In this document: positions 39,364 to 50,093 of the stretch, one piece after another
Layout: every line of letters starts with the position of its first letter
How positions within the stretch are numbered: the stretch's first letter is position 1
Assembly: GCA_035536275.1 (NCBI GenBank)
Contig: DATLOL010000196.1
Coordinates: 1,196-65,195, forward strand
Source: Thermoanaerobaculia bacterium
GTDB lineage: Bacteria; Acidobacteriota; Thermoanaerobaculia; Gp7-AA8
Length of the DNA: 64,000 nt
Reading direction: 5' to 3'
Made by a program: the position numbers and the translations under genes
Notes under the pieces: generated by a model
Seen by the model: only the letters and a program-made list of their open reading frames with translations
The model's database searches: none
Told to the model about the DNA's origin: nothing

Positions 39364-41198
39364 TCGACGGTCACGCTCTTGGCCAGATTGCGCGGCTGAT
39401 CCACGTCACACCCCCGCCGAAGGGCGATGTAGTACGCCAGCAACTGCGTCGGAATCACCGTCAGGATCGGCTGCAATTCCTCGATGGTCTGCGGCACCTC
39501 GATGTAGGCGTCGGCCATCGTCTTCATGGCCTCGTCGCCTTCGTCGATGATCGCGAGGAGATGGCCGTCGCGGGCCTTCACTTCCTGGAGGTTCGACACG
39601 ACTTTCTCGTAGACCGGCGTGCGCGTGGCGATGGCCACGACGGGCATGTTCTCGTCGATGAGCGCGATCGGCCCGTGTTTCATCTCCCCCGCCGGATAGC
39701 CCTCGGCGTGGATGTACGAAATCTCCTTGAGCTTGAGCGCGCCCTCCAGGGCGATCGGATAATGCACGCCGCGGCCGAGGAAGAGAAAGTCCTGTGCGGT
39801 GTGCCATTTGTTGGCGAGCTGCTGGATCTTCTTCTCCTGCGTCTTCAGCAGGTGCTCGATTTTGTGCGGAATCATCGACAGCTCGTGCATTCCTTTGCGG
39901 ATCTCGTCCGGTGAGTCGCCGCGGAGCTGACGGATGTACAACGCGAGCAGATAGAACGCGGTCAACTGCGTGGTGAAAGCCTTCGTCGAGGCGACCCCGA
40001 TCTCCGGGCCGGCGTTCGTGTAGATCGTGCCGTCCGACATGCGCGTTGCCGCGGCGCCGAGGACGTTGCAGATGGCGATGAGGCGCGCGCCTTTCTGCTT
40101 GGCCTCCTGCATCGCCGCGATCGTGTCCGCGGTCTCGCCGGACTGAGTCACGCCGATCACCAGCGTCTCGTCGTCGATGATCGGATTCCGGTAGCGATAC
40201 TCGGATCCGTAGTCGACTTCGACCGGGATCTTGCCCGCCGACTCGAGAATGAACTTGCCGACCAGGCCGGAGTGCCACGACGTGCCGCAGGCGACGATGT
40301 GCACGCGCTTGAACCTGTTCCACTGCTCAGCCGTGATCTCGAGATCGTTGAAGAAGACCTCGCCCGACTCCTCGAACATCCGGCCGTTGAAGGTGTCCCG
40401 CACCGCGCGCGACTGCTCGTGGATCTCCTTGAGCATGTAGTGCCGGTAGCCTTCCTTCTCGGCCATGACGGCATCCCAGGTAATGCGTTGCGGCGCGCGG
40501 TCGACCTTCGAGTCGTTCTCGGAGACGAAGACGTTCACGCTCTTGTCGTTCGCGACCGCGTACTCGCCGTCCTCGAGATAGATGATGTTGCGGGTGTAGG
40601 CGAGCAGCGGCGCAACGTCGGAGGCCACGATGTTCTCGCCCTCGCCGAGGCCGATGACGAGCGGCGGACCGTGCTTGGCAGCGATGATCGTGCCCGGCTC
40701 GTCGCCGGCGATCATCACCAGCGCGTAGTGGCCCTCCAGCTCCTTGAGTGCCTTCTTCACCGCATCGACGAATTTTGCGCCGCCCTTGCGGTACTCCTCG
40801 ATCAGGTGCGCGACGACTTCCGTGTCCGTCTCGCTCTTGAACTCGTGTCCGGCCGCTTTGAGGCGCTGCTTGAGCGGGAGGAAGTTCTCGATGATGCCGT
40901 TGTGGATGACGACCACGTTGCCGGTACAGTCGCGATGGGGGTGGGCGTTGTTCTCGTTCGGCTTGCCGTGCGTTGCCCAGCGCGTGTGCCCCATGCCGAA
41001 CGTGCCGTGCAGCTCGTGGTCGGCCAGCTTTCCCTCGAGGTTCGCCAGTTTCCCCTCGGCGCGTACGACGTCCACTCCGTTGCCGTTCACCACGGCCACG
41101 CCCGCGCTGTCGTATCCGCGATACTCCAGCTTTTTCAACCCGCCGATCAGGACCGGCACCACTTCACGGGTGCCGACGTAGCCGATGATTCCGCACAT
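39360..41198 (-). CDS. glmS: Glutamine--fructose-6-phosphate aminotransferase
   Basis: Starts MCGIIG at 41198; EYRGYDSAG, GHTRWATHG, C-terminal DQPRNLAKSVTVE. Confidence 0.97.
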   Translation of the reverse strand: MCGIIGYVGTREVVPVLIGGLKKLEYRGYDSAGVAVVNGNGVDVVRAEGKLANLEGKLADHELHGTFGMGHTRWATHGKPNENNAHPHRDCTGNVVVIHNGIIENFLPLKQRLKAAGHEFKSETDTEVVAHLIEEYRKGGAKFVDAVKKALKELEGHYALVMIAGDEPGTIIAAKHGPPLVIGLGEGENIVASDVAPLLAYTRNIIYLEDGEYAVANDKSVNVFVSENDSKVDRAPQRITWDAVMAEKEGYRHYMLKEIHEQSRAVRDTFNGRMFEESGEVFFNDLEITAEQWNRFKRVHIVACGTSWHSGLVGKFILESAGKIPVEVDYGSEYRYRNPIIDDETLVIGVTQSGETADTIAAMQEAKQKGARLIAICNVLGAAATRMSDGTIYTNAGPEIGVASTKAFTTQLTAFYLLALYIRQLRGDSPDEIRKGMHELSMIPHKIEHLLKTQEKKIQQLANKWHTAQDFLFLGRGVHYPIALEGALKLKEISYIHAEGYPAGEMKHGPIALIDENMPVVAIATRTPVYEKVVSNLQEVKARDGHLLAIIDEGDEAMKTMADAYIEVPQTIEELQPILTVIPTQLLAYYIALRRGCDVDQPRNLAKSVTVE

Positions 41199-41231
41199 GC
41201 TGTTTCCTCTGTCCGTTAGAATCCCGCGCCA

Positions 41232-42383
41232 GTGAAACGATCCCTGGCACTTCTGATTGTCATCACAGTCGCGTGCGGCAAGCGCGGCGACCCGAAGCCA
41301 CCGGTGCCGGTCATCCCTGCCGCGACCACCGACCTCGTTGTAACACAGCGCGCCGACCGGGTTCTGCTGTCGTGGAGCTATCCCGCGCTTTCCACCGCGG
41401 GCCGCTCCCTCGCCGGCATCCGGCGCATTTCCATCTATCGCTATGAAGAAGCGCTCCCGGTCGCGCCGGGTGGACGCGATCCGCAGACACTGATGCCCGG
41501 CGACGTCGATCCCACCGAGCCGCAGCCGATCGTGATGTTCTCGAAAGTCCCGACCATCGCCGAAACGCAGTTCGCCAAGCTCAGTAAGAAGATCGAGAGC
41601 ATAGAAAAGGCCAATTTGGCAGGCGCGACCGTCGGATCGCGCCTCCTCTTCTCCGACACGCCGCCATTCCGCTCCAGCGACGGCCGTCCCGTGCGCCTCA
41701 CCTACGCGGTGGTGACCGAAGGAGACGAGGCGCGCAGTCAGACGTCGAATCTCGCGATCCTCGTGCCGCTGCCGGTGAGCGTCCCGCCCGCGAACGTGAA
41801 AGCCGCGGCGAAAGCGGAAGGCGTGACGCTGTCCTGGACCGCACCTACGACTTCGGTGGCAGGCCAGAGCGGGCCCGTGATCACCGGCTACAACATCTAT
41901 CGCAACGCGCCTGGCGCCAGTCCCGGAGAGTTGCCGGTGCCCGTCAACAGCGCGCCGATTAAAGGCACGACCTACGAAGACGCTCCCGCGTACGGCGAGC
42001 ACGAATACCGGGTCGCGGCAGTGGCCACGACGGGGCCGCCGGCGATCCAGAGCGACCTTTCCGCGCCGGTCCGGGTCACGTTCAAGGATCTCGTGCCCCC
42101 GCCGGTGCCGGTGAACCTCAACGCGCTCGTCGAGACGAAGCTCGTGCGCCTGCTGTGGGACCCGGTGACCGCTTCCGACCTCGCGGGCTACAACGTCTAT
42201 CGCATCGAAGGGCGCTACCGGCTCAAGCTCACACCCGCGCCGACGAAGGACACGAACTTCCTCGACATCTCCATCGACATCGGCATCTTCTACACGTACG
42301 AGGTGACGGCGGTGGATGCGAGCGGAAACGAGAGCGTTCCCTCGTCGCGAACCGAACCGGTGACGGTGCCCAAGACACCCTGA
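41232..42383 (+). CDS. Lipoprotein with fibronectin type III domains
   Basis: Lipobox VACGKRGDP; FN3 patterns LSW..P, GYNIYR, YEVTAVD..GNES. Confidence 0.75.
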   Translation: MKRSLALLIVITVACGKRGDPKPPVPVIPAATTDLVVTQRADRVLLSWSYPALSTAGRSLAGIRRISIYRYEEALPVAPGGRDPQTLMPGDVDPTEPQPIVMFSKVPTIAETQFAKLSKKIESIEKANLAGATVGSRLLFSDTPPFRSSDGRPVRLTYAVVTEGDEARSQTSNLAILVPLPVSVPPANVKAAAKAEGVTLSWTAPTTSVAGQSGPVITGYNIYRNAPGASPGELPVPVNSAPIKGTTYEDAPAYGEHEYRVAAVATTGPPAIQSDLSAPVRVTFKDLVPPPVPVNLNALVETKLVRLLWDPVTASDLAGYNVYRIEGRYRLKLTPAPTKDTNFLDISIDIGIFYTYEVTAVDASGNESVPSSRTEPVTVPKTP

Positions 42384-42931
42384 TGCAGAGAGCCATTCCG
42401 GTCACCGCGTACGAAGAAATGCCCGCGCCGTACCGCGGCACGCCCATCGAGCGTCTCGTGGCGTGGCACAACGGGTTCAGCGGCGAGCCGGAAGCGGCCG
42501 TCACGCGCGCGGAAGTCCTCGTCGGCATGTGCATGGACAACCGCAAGAAGCTGCGCATCCCCGAGAATTTCGCGTTCATCCTGCGCGCTGGCGGCGGAAA
42601 TCTCCGGCCGAGCGAGTTCAAGGTGTCGTTCGCGGTGGCCGTGGGTGGCGTGCACGCGATCGCGATCATCGTCCACAACCACTGCGGGATGGTCGGACTC
42701 TCCGGCCGGCGCGAGCAGTTCGTGAACGGTCTCGTCGAAGCGGGCTGGGAACGCGACGCCGCGGAGCAGCACTTTGATTCCTACGCGCCGCTGTTCGAGA
42801 TCGGTAACGAGATCGACTTCGTGCTCGCGGAGGCGAAGCGCCTGCGCATGCGGTATCCCAAAGTGCTCGTGGCGCCCTTGTTCTACAACGTTGATGACAA
42901 CCGCCTGTACTGTCTCAACGAGGACCTATAG
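42383..42931 (+). CDS. Beta-carbonic anhydrase-like protein
   Basis: CMDNR and HNHCG zinc-ligand motifs; ATG overlaps the upstream TGA. Confidence 0.75.
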   Translation: MQRAIPVTAYEEMPAPYRGTPIERLVAWHNGFSGEPEAAVTRAEVLVGMCMDNRKKLRIPENFAFILRAGGGNLRPSEFKVSFAVAVGGVHAIAIIVHNHCGMVGLSGRREQFVNGLVEAGWERDAAEQHFDSYAPLFEIGNEIDFVLAEAKRLRMRYPKVLVAPLFYNVDDNRLYCLNEDL

Positions 42932-42968
42932 GTCGTATAAGTCCTATAGGTCCCATACGTCCTATAGG
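42922..42968. repeat. 9-bp-period CCTATAGG-type tandem repeat
   Basis: cctataggt-cgtataagt-cctataggt-cccatacgt-cctatagga; contains both convergent TAG stops. Confidence 0.85.
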
Positions 42969-44941
42969 AACTCGCGTAGCCGCGCCGGCTCCGTCACCGG
43001 CTCCTCGCACGCATATCCCACGCACACGTAAGCCAGCGTGCGATCCGGCGGCCGCCCTTCCATCAGTGGCAGATCCGATGACTGCGCGCCATGCGCGAGC
43101 ACGCGGTGGGGGATGAACGTTTCGCCGACCACGTGCAGGAACGGCGCCGCGTCTCCGGTGAGGGCGATCTCCTTCGGCTGGCCATTGCGCCACTCGCAGA
43201 CCCCGAGGAGAAAACCGAAGCCGCTGGGATACTTCTCGGCGAGTGGCCACTCCGATTCGAGCGTCTCCGTCGCCAGGCGCGCGTACTCCTCGTGGCCGAA
43301 CAGCAGCGCGAGACGCAGCAGTACGTCCGCCGCGACCGAGCTTCCCGCCGGCGTCGCGTTGTCGAAGAGGTCCTTCGGCCGCGTGATCAGCTTCTCGTGA
43401 TCCGTCGGCGTGTCGAAGAAGCCGCCGTTTTCCTCGTCGCGGAAACGCTCCAGGATCGCGTCGGCCAGTGACTTCGCGGCGTCGAGATAGCGGCGCTCGC
43501 CGGTGGCCTCGTACGCGAGCGTGAGTCCCCACGCCACACCCGTGTAGTCCTCGAGCAGGCCGGGGATCTTCGCGTGACGCACGAGCCGCCCGTCGTGGAT
43601 GCGCGCGAGCAGAAAGTCGGCGTTCTTCCGAACGACGTCGTCGTAGCGATGGAAGGCGATGGCAGCCTCCGCGAACGCGGCCAGCATCCACCCGTTCCAT
43701 CCCGCGAGGATCTTCTCGTCGCGCCCCGGCCACACACGCTGCGCGCGGACGCCGTACAGCTTGCACTTGCCGCGCGACGCGACGTCCGCGAGCCGGTCGA
43801 GGGTGATGCCGAGGTCCGCGGCCACGCTCTCCGGCGGCCGGGGGACGTTCAGGATGTTGTGATCCTCCCAGTTCCCGCGCTCGGTGACGTCGTACAGCGC
43901 GCAGAAGATCCGCCCCTCGTCCTCGCCGAGGATCGACATCACTTCTGCGCGCGTCCAGACGTAGAACCGGCCCTCCTCGCCTTCGCTGTCCGCATCGAGC
44001 GTCGAATAGAAGCCGCCGTCCGGTGAAGTCATCTCGCGGGTGACGAATCCGAGGATCTCGTTCGCGATCTGTGCGAAGAGCGGCTCCTTCGTCCACTGCC
44101 ACGCGCGCACGTACAGCCGCGCGAGCAGCGCATTGTCGTACAGCATCTTCTCGAAGTGCGGCGCCAGCCAGCGCGCGTCGACGGAGTAGCGATGAAAGCC
44201 GCCGCCGATCTGATCGTAGATGCCGCCGCGGGCCATCTTGGTCAGCGTTTCGACGATGATCTCGCGCAGGCGCGGGTCGTTCGTACGATGCGAGACCTGC
44301 ATCAGGAAATCGAGCGACATCGACGGCGGGAACTTCGGCGCGCCACCGAAGCCGCCGTGCACGGGGTCGTACGTGGAAGCGATGCGGGCCGCCGCCTTCT
44401 CCAACCCTTCGCGATCGATCGAGCCTTTCCCGCGCACGCGCAACTGGCTGGCCAGCGCATTCGCCACCTCGTTCGACGCTTCCTCTACTTCCTCCCGCTT
44501 CGAGCGATACACATTCACCACATGTTCGAGCACCCGCTGGAAGCTCGGCATCCCGTGCCGCTCCTCGGGCGGAAAATAGGTCCCCGCGAAGAACGGCTTC
44601 CCCTCCGGCGTGAGAAACATCGACATCGGCCAGCCACCGTGGCCGGTCATCATCTGCACAGCCTGCATGTAGATCGAGTCGACGTCGGGACGCTCTTCGC
44701 GATCGACTTTGATCGAGACGTAGTCGGCGTTGAGGACCTCCGCGATCTCCGGGTTCTCGAACGATTCGCGCTCCATCACGTGGCACCAGTGGCACGCCGA
44801 ATAGCCGATGGAGAGAAAGACCGGCTTGTCCTCCTCGCGCGCCTTCGACCATGCCTCCTCCCCCCACGGATACCAGTCCACGGGGTTGTGCGCGTGCTGC
44901 AGGAGGTAGGGCGAGGTTTCGTTGGCGAGGCGGTTGGTCAT
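42962..44941 (-). CDS. Thioredoxin-domain protein YyaL/SSP411 family
   Basis: [38 protein letters not shown]. Confidence 0.93.
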   Translation of the reverse strand: MTNRLANETSPYLLQHAHNPVDWYPWGEEAWSKAREEDKPVFLSIGYSACHWCHVMERESFENPEIAEVLNADYVSIKVDREERPDVDSIYMQAVQMMTGHGGWPMSMFLTPEGKPFFAGTYFPPEERHGMPSFQRVLEHVVNVYRSKREEVEEASNEVANALASQLRVRGKGSIDREGLEKAAARIASTYDPVHGGFGGAPKFPPSMSLDFLMQVSHRTNDPRLREIIVETLTKMARGGIYDQIGGGFHRYSVDARWLAPHFEKMLYDNALLARLYVRAWQWTKEPLFAQIANEILGFVTREMTSPDGGFYSTLDADSEGEEGRFYVWTRAEVMSILGEDEGRIFCALYDVTERGNWEDHNILNVPRPPESVAADLGITLDRLADVASRGKCKLYGVRAQRVWPGRDEKILAGWNGWMLAAFAEAAIAFHRYDDVVRKNADFLLARIHDGRLVRHAKIPGLLEDYTGVAWGLTLAYEATGERRYLDAAKSLADAILERFRDEENGGFFDTPTDHEKLITRPKDLFDNATPAGSSVAADVLLRLALLFGHEEYARLATETLESEWPLAEKYPSGFGFLLGVCEWRNGQPKEIALTGDAAPFLHVVGETFIPHRVLAHGAQSSDLPLMEGRPPDRTLAYVCVGYACEEPVTEPARLREFL

Positions 44942-44944
44942 GCA

Positions 44945-46783
44945 CTATGCAGGCCGCTGAATCGACTCCAGCAACTGCGGCGGAAACGCGCGCATCTCGA
45001 AATATTCGCCCTCCAGTTCCTCGACCTGAAAGCGATCCAGGCCGGAGTTGGAGAGGAAGTCGTTGCGCAGTTTCACGTCCTGCTCTTCGACGATCCGTGG
45101 CAGGAGCTGATTGATGTAGAACGCCTCGAGCCGGATCTTCGTGATCACGTCCTCGAGCAGTCCCTCGCTCATGTAGTCCTGCAGCTCGTGCAGAGCCGGA
45201 TCGTGCGCGATCTCCGCCCGGATCTCGCGCCGGAACGTCTCCCGCCCTTCCGTCGTGTTGAGCTCGAGGTAGAAGTTCGCCATGCGCCGCCGGGCGAGGC
45301 TATACGCTGCAAAGTACGCGCGCTCGTGCCGGTTGAGCGCGCCGATCGACTCGACGACGCCCGCCAGGGATTCCTCATTGTTCTCGATCTGAATGAGCCC
45401 GAGCGTCAACGCGTAGAGCTTCTTCTTTCCGTAGGCGAGCGCGTATTCGTTGTTGACCACCGGGTCGATGAAGAGCTGCTGAAAGAGTCCTCGGCGCAGC
45501 TTCTCGAAGACCTGCATGTTGCCGAGGAGCGACCGGACCTGTTCCTGGGTCAGCTCGACGTCGTCCATGAAGGCGAGGCGGTTCACGAGCGTGGTCGTAT
45601 GATCGATGCGATCGAAGAGCGTGACCAGCTCGCCGAACGACTCCAGGCGCTCGAAGTCCTCTTCCTCGCGGCTGATCTCGTCGATCAGTTTGCCCGTCTC
45701 TAGCAGGACCTCCTCGAAGGTCTGGTCGCGATTCGCCGCCGCGCGCTGCTTGTTCTCCATGAGTTGCACGAGATCGAGCGACGAGAGCTTGCGGGTGATG
45801 TTGCGTCCGAGCAGGAACCCGCCGAGGATCTCGCGGGTGGACTGGATGTAGTCCGGCTCGTCCTCCTTGCGCACGACCGCGCGGGGCTCCTGCAGCACGA
45901 TCTCCTCGAGCGTGTCGAAGATCGACAGCGGCACTTCGTTGCGCAGCGAGAGCGTGCGCAGGCGCATCAGGCGCGCGCGGGCCGAGGAGTCGATGGTCGA
46001 GCCGGCGCAGGAGGCGAGGATGCGCTTGTACTCGTCGATCAGTTCCTGGTTGTCGGGGTAGCGGTAGATGACGTCGATCTGGATGCGCTCGCGCTGGTAG
46101 GGCTCGATCGGGAGCTCGGCCAGCGCGGCGCTCACTTCCACCATGGACCGCGTCGACTGGTACGACCGCTGACAGGCCTCGGCCAGCAACTGATTCGCCC
46201 GATGCACGACCCGCACGATGCAGATCGTCGACTGCGGCTCGTCGAGCGCGTCGAGGATCTCGTGCGCCAGGGCGAGGAAGTTTCCCGCGCCGACCTTGCG
46301 GGAGCGCTTGAGCAGCTTACCCGCACTCTTGAGCGTCGCTTCCTGCCGGTCGCCGACGTCGGAGTAGCGCTTGCGGTCGTCAACGAAGAAGAAGTAGTTC
46401 GCAACGGCATTGCCCTGCAGGAACAGGTTGTCATAGCGCTCGAAGCCGTCCGTGTGCGCGGCGAAACGCAGCTCGTGGGTGCGCGGATCGACCGTAGTGC
46501 CGAAGACGATGAGCCGGTTCACCACTTCCTCGTTCAGCAGGTCGCCGACGGGAAGGTGCCCGCCGAACATGTACTCACCGAAGATCCCACCGTTCCCGCG
46601 GAACCGCACTCCCTCGGGATTCAGCACGATCTCCGAGTTGCCGCCGAAGTAGCGCACGATGTCGCCGCGCGGCGCGTTGATCTGCTCGAAGAAGAAGCGC
46701 CGGTCGACGTCCGGACCCGCGACGACCGCAAAGTATTCGATGGCCTCGCCGACGAAGCCGTGATGAACGATCGCGCGGATCAC
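44945..46783 (-). CDS. Conserved hypothetical protein, resembling the TIGR04442 family (from memory)
   Basis: MIRAIVHHGFVG..IEYFA..AG, FFF, GGIFGEYMFGG..P..DL....V.NRL. Confidence 0.55.
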   Translation of the reverse strand: MIRAIVHHGFVGEAIEYFAVVAGPDVDRRFFFEQINAPRGDIVRYFGGNSEIVLNPEGVRFRGNGGIFGEYMFGGHLPVGDLLNEEVVNRLIVFGTTVDPRTHELRFAAHTDGFERYDNLFLQGNAVANYFFFVDDRKRYSDVGDRQEATLKSAGKLLKRSRKVGAGNFLALAHEILDALDEPQSTICIVRVVHRANQLLAEACQRSYQSTRSMVEVSAALAELPIEPYQRERIQIDVIYRYPDNQELIDEYKRILASCAGSTIDSSARARLMRLRTLSLRNEVPLSIFDTLEEIVLQEPRAVVRKEDEPDYIQSTREILGGFLLGRNITRKLSSLDLVQLMENKQRAAANRDQTFEEVLLETGKLIDEISREEEDFERLESFGELVTLFDRIDHTTTLVNRLAFMDDVELTQEQVRSLLGNMQVFEKLRRGLFQQLFIDPVVNNEYALAYGKKKLYALTLGLIQIENNEESLAGVVESIGALNRHERAYFAAYSLARRRMANFYLELNTTEGRETFRREIRAEIAHDPALHELQDYMSEGLLEDVITKIRLEAFYINQLLPRIVEEQDVKLRNDFLSNSGLDRFQVEELEGEYFEMRAFPPQLLESIQRPA

Positions 46784-46799
46784 GGGAGGATTCTAGCCG

Positions 46800-46890
46800 T
46801 GTCATCCCGAGCGCAGTCGAGGGATCTCCTGCATGCGGAGCCGCTCTCGTGCAACCGCAGGGGATCCCTCGACTGCGCTCGGGACGACAC
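46800..46890. repeat. REP-like palindromic element, same family as 9997
   Basis: TGTCATCCCGAGCGCAGTCGAGGGATC...GGGATCCCTCGACTGCGCTCGGGACGACAC. Confidence 0.9.
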
Positions 46891-47793
46891 TTACGCGCGC
46901 GGATGCGCTTTCTTGTACACCGCCATCAGTTGCCAATCGTTCAGATGGGTGTACTTCTGCGTGGTCGACAGCGATGCGTGTCCGAGGAGTTCCTGGATGC
47001 CGCGCAGGTCGGCGCCGGCGTTCAGGAGGTGCGTGGCGAACGAGTGCCGCAGCGTGTGCGGCGACGCGCCCGCACGCAGCGCGGCGTCGCGGACGTAGTC
47101 GTCGAACAGGCGGCGCACGCTGCGTGTGGTGATGCGCTTGCCGCGGTAGTTCACGAACACGGCCTGCTCCTCGACGTCGTGCACGAGCTCCCCCCGGACC
47201 GCCAGCCAGGCCCGCAGCGCGGTCTCGGCCTTCGATCCGAACGGCACGATGCGCTCCTTCGATCCCTTGCCGCGCACTTTCACCAGCCGCGCGCGGAGCT
47301 CGAGATCGTCCAGGTCGACGCCCACCAGCTCCGAGATGCGCAGTCCCGACCCGTAGAGCAGCTCGAGCCACGCCGCGTCGCGGATGCCGAGGGTCGTCGA
47401 GGTGTCGGGCTGCTCGATCAGCAGCGCGACGTCGGAGGTTTGCAGGACCGCTGGCAGATGCTTTTCCCGCTTCGGCGTGGCCACGGTGCGCGCGGGGTTG
47501 GCGTCGGTGACGCCCTCGCGCACGAGGTACCTGAAGAACGTGCGCAGCGCGGAGAGATGACGCGCGACCGAGGCCCGGGCGAGCTTGCGGCGCGACAGGT
47601 GCGCGAGGTACGAGCGTACGGCGAGGTGATCGATGCGGCGGAAGTCGAGCTGATCGCGGCCGAGGGTGAGGTAGTCGTTGCAGAGAAAGGCGATGAACGA
47701 CTCGAGGTCGTCCCGATACGCGGTCACCGTGTTCGGGGAGACGTTGCGCTCGAACGTCAGATAGTCGAGGAAATCGCCGATCTCGTTCGTCAC
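46891..47793 (-). CDS. xerC: Tyrosine recombinase XerC
   Basis: SPNTVTAYRDDL, RD.A.LELLYGSGLRISEL, HTLRHSFATHLL, LLGHASLSTTQKY. Confidence 0.92.
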   Translation of the reverse strand: MTNEIGDFLDYLTFERNVSPNTVTAYRDDLESFIAFLCNDYLTLGRDQLDFRRIDHLAVRSYLAHLSRRKLARASVARHLSALRTFFRYLVREGVTDANPARTVATPKREKHLPAVLQTSDVALLIEQPDTSTTLGIRDAAWLELLYGSGLRISELVGVDLDDLELRARLVKVRGKGSKERIVPFGSKAETALRAWLAVRGELVHDVEEQAVFVNYRGKRITTRSVRRLFDDYVRDAALRAGASPHTLRHSFATHLLNAGADLRGIQELLGHASLSTTQKYTHLNDWQLMAVYKKAHPRA

Positions 47794-47840
47794 ACCCGTC
47801 CCTCCCTACCGCGATCAGGGTAACACTGCGCGTCGTCGGA

Positions 47841-50093
47841 TCACTTTCTCGATGTGCGACGCCGTCCGGAGCTCTCTTCGAGCAACTCGCGCCGGAACAC
47901 GCGCTCTACATTCCCGAGCTCCGGTGCGACGCGCGGATACGCGCTCCACACAACGCTCTCGACGAGCGCCAGCGAGTGGACCTGCGAGACCCATTCGCCG
48001 TGCACGATCGTCCGCGACTCGCCGGACGCGGCGCCGCGCGCATCGAGAGACGCGGCGGACATCGTCAGCGGCTGTGGTCCCTCGTACGGAATCGCGAACT
48101 CGTCGGCGACGAACGTGACCATGTACCGCCGGCCGTTCCAGGCGATGCGGGGGTTCGTCCCGCGGGCGATGAGATGACCATCCTGCGTAGCGGTGTGGTC
48201 GGCCAGGATGCCGGTGCGGAGCACGCGCTTGCTGCGCACGCGCACGACGACCGGCTCGGGATTTTCCATCGGTGGATCGACCCGAGGAATGGGTTTCTGC
48301 TGCGCATAGACCACGACGAAGTCGTCGCCGTCCGAGGCCACTGCCGGATGCGACTCGACGTCCGTGCCGGTTGCGATTGCGATCGGCACGGTCTCGATCG
48401 GCGCGCCCGATGCGTCGAGGCGCCGCCCGAGGACGTTGTTGTGACCGCTGCTGGTCCAGGCGATGAAGAACTCCGCGCCGTTCGTGACGACGGAGCGGTA
48501 GTAGGAACGGTCCGCCGCGGGGTTGCTGAGCATCGTCTCATCGATGCGCACGCCGTCGGGTGTGAAGCGCACGACGGTCATCTCGATATTGCGGAAGGTG
48601 GCGGTGATGAGGACCGTCACGTTTCCGTTCGACGCCGCGAGCGGCTCGAAGCCGACGCCGAGGTCGATCGGTGCGGCGTCGAGGAGTGTGCCGTCGGGGG
48701 ACAGGCGGCGGAAGAAAACGTGCGACGCGTTGCCCTCGTTCTCCTGCCACGCGATCAGCCACAGTTTTCCGGTGAACGCGACCGCGGGCGCGATCCGCGG
48801 CGTCGCTTTCTCAGCGACGACGATCGGCGCGGCATCGAGCGGCTTGCCGTCGCTGTCGAAGCGGCGGACCACGATGCGGCCCTGCGAATACTGCAGCGGC
48901 TCGGCCCACGCGATCAGCGCGCCGCCCGCGCCGGGAGTGATGATGGGACTGCTCTGCCGCGCCGCGGGGACGATCGCGGCCGCGACGGCGTCGCGCGTGC
49001 GGGCCGACAGACGCGTGTCGAGAGGTACGGCCACCAGCGGCGCGCCTGCCACGACGATCATCGCGGTGTACGGATTGGCGACCGCTCGATGCACGACCTG
49101 GCCGAGCGTGCCGAGAATCAGCGTGCGCGCTGCGGTGGCGTCGAAGTCCACCACGCCGAGGAGCGTGGTCGAGCGATCCATCAACACGTACGTGGCCGCG
49201 AATCCGACCGGCGTCGGGATGACCTCGATCTTCGGCGACCAGGTCACGACGTCGACGGGTGCATGGGACTGGGGAGTGGGCGTCGTGGCGTCGAAGGTGA
49301 ACGGGGAAATCTGCCACTTGTCGTCGAACCCGACGCTGATCGCCACGCCGGCGCGGCTGCCGCTCGATGCCGACGCTAGAAAAGCGAATCCCCTGCGCTC
49401 CAAGAGCAACGGCGTCGTCGCCCCGGTCGCGCCGTTGGCCTCGATGCGCATCGCATAGACGTTCGTCAGCGGCCCCCGCCCCGGCACCTGAGGAGCAATC
49501 TCGTCCGCCCAGGCGAAGACGAAGGACGATCCGGCCGCGGTCAGCGTGTGCGGCACCAACTGCGTCACTGTGGACGGCAGAGCGATCCCGGACAGCAGGA
49601 CCTCGCCGGACGCGCCGAGCATCACCCCGCGCATGCCGGACGCTGTGCCGACGACCATCAGCGCGCGGCTGCCATTCCAGGCCAGCGCCGCCGGCCAGCC
49701 GGCGATATCGAGCACGAACGGCCCGCCGATGCGGCGTCCTTCGCCGTCGAGGAGCAGCGAGAGTGTCCCACCGCCGGACGACGCGACCACGAGGTAGCGA
49801 TCGCTGGTCCACACGGCGCGTGCGCTCGACCACCCGGTGCTGATCCGCTCGGAGTCGCCCCGCACCGGCAGACCGCGATCGTCCACGACCGTCGCGTAGA
49901 TGCCTTCCCGGCCGGCCGTGCGGTCGAACCAAAGCGTAAGGACGTTCTTCCCGTCCGTGGCAATGTCGACGACGTCGCCGGTCGACGCGGATGGTGTTGC
50001 ATCGGAGATCGGGCGTTCCGGCCCGGAAGTGACGGCGGCGGCGACGGAAAAACCGAGGGAGAGGGCCAGTACCGCAGCCAGTGCAGTTCGCAT
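47841..50093 (-). CDS. Large secreted hypothetical protein with beta-rich repeats and a GRRRTSRK tail
   Basis: Signal peptide MRTALAAVLALSLGFSVAA; recurring P.VA..G..(W/F)LV.W units. Confidence 0.65.
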   Translation of the reverse strand: MRTALAAVLALSLGFSVAAAVTSGPERPISDATPSASTGDVVDIATDGKNVLTLWFDRTAGREGIYATVVDDRGLPVRGDSERISTGWSSARAVWTSDRYLVVASSGGGTLSLLLDGEGRRIGGPFVLDIAGWPAALAWNGSRALMVVGTASGMRGVMLGASGEVLLSGIALPSTVTQLVPHTLTAAGSSFVFAWADEIAPQVPGRGPLTNVYAMRIEANGATGATTPLLLERRGFAFLASASSGSRAGVAISVGFDDKWQISPFTFDATTPTPQSHAPVDVVTWSPKIEVIPTPVGFAATYVLMDRSTTLLGVVDFDATAARTLILGTLGQVVHRAVANPYTAMIVVAGAPLVAVPLDTRLSARTRDAVAAAIVPAARQSSPIITPGAGGALIAWAEPLQYSQGRIVVRRFDSDGKPLDAAPIVVAEKATPRIAPAVAFTGKLWLIAWQENEGNASHVFFRRLSPDGTLLDAAPIDLGVGFEPLAASNGNVTVLITATFRNIEMTVVRFTPDGVRIDETMLSNPAADRSYYRSVVTNGAEFFIAWTSSGHNNVLGRRLDASGAPIETVPIAIATGTDVESHPAVASDGDDFVVVYAQQKPIPRVDPPMENPEPVVVRVRSKRVLRTGILADHTATQDGHLIARGTNPRIAWNGRRYMVTFVADEFAIPYEGPQPLTMSAASLDARGAASGESRTIVHGEWVSQVHSLALVESVVWSAYPRVAPELGNVERVFRRELLEESSGRRRTSRK

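Noticed and set aside
41199-41231. glmS ribozyme
   Set aside because: Only 33 bp separate the glmS start from the divergent lipoprotein gene. The long N-terminal extension of ORF 39360..42002 is antisense shadow, as GlmS must begin Met-Cys.
46891-47793. XerC as the integrase of the tRNA-Pro island
   Set aside because: It is 21 kb away among housekeeping genes, looks like a canonical XerC, and the array arms do not resemble dif XerC/XerD arms.
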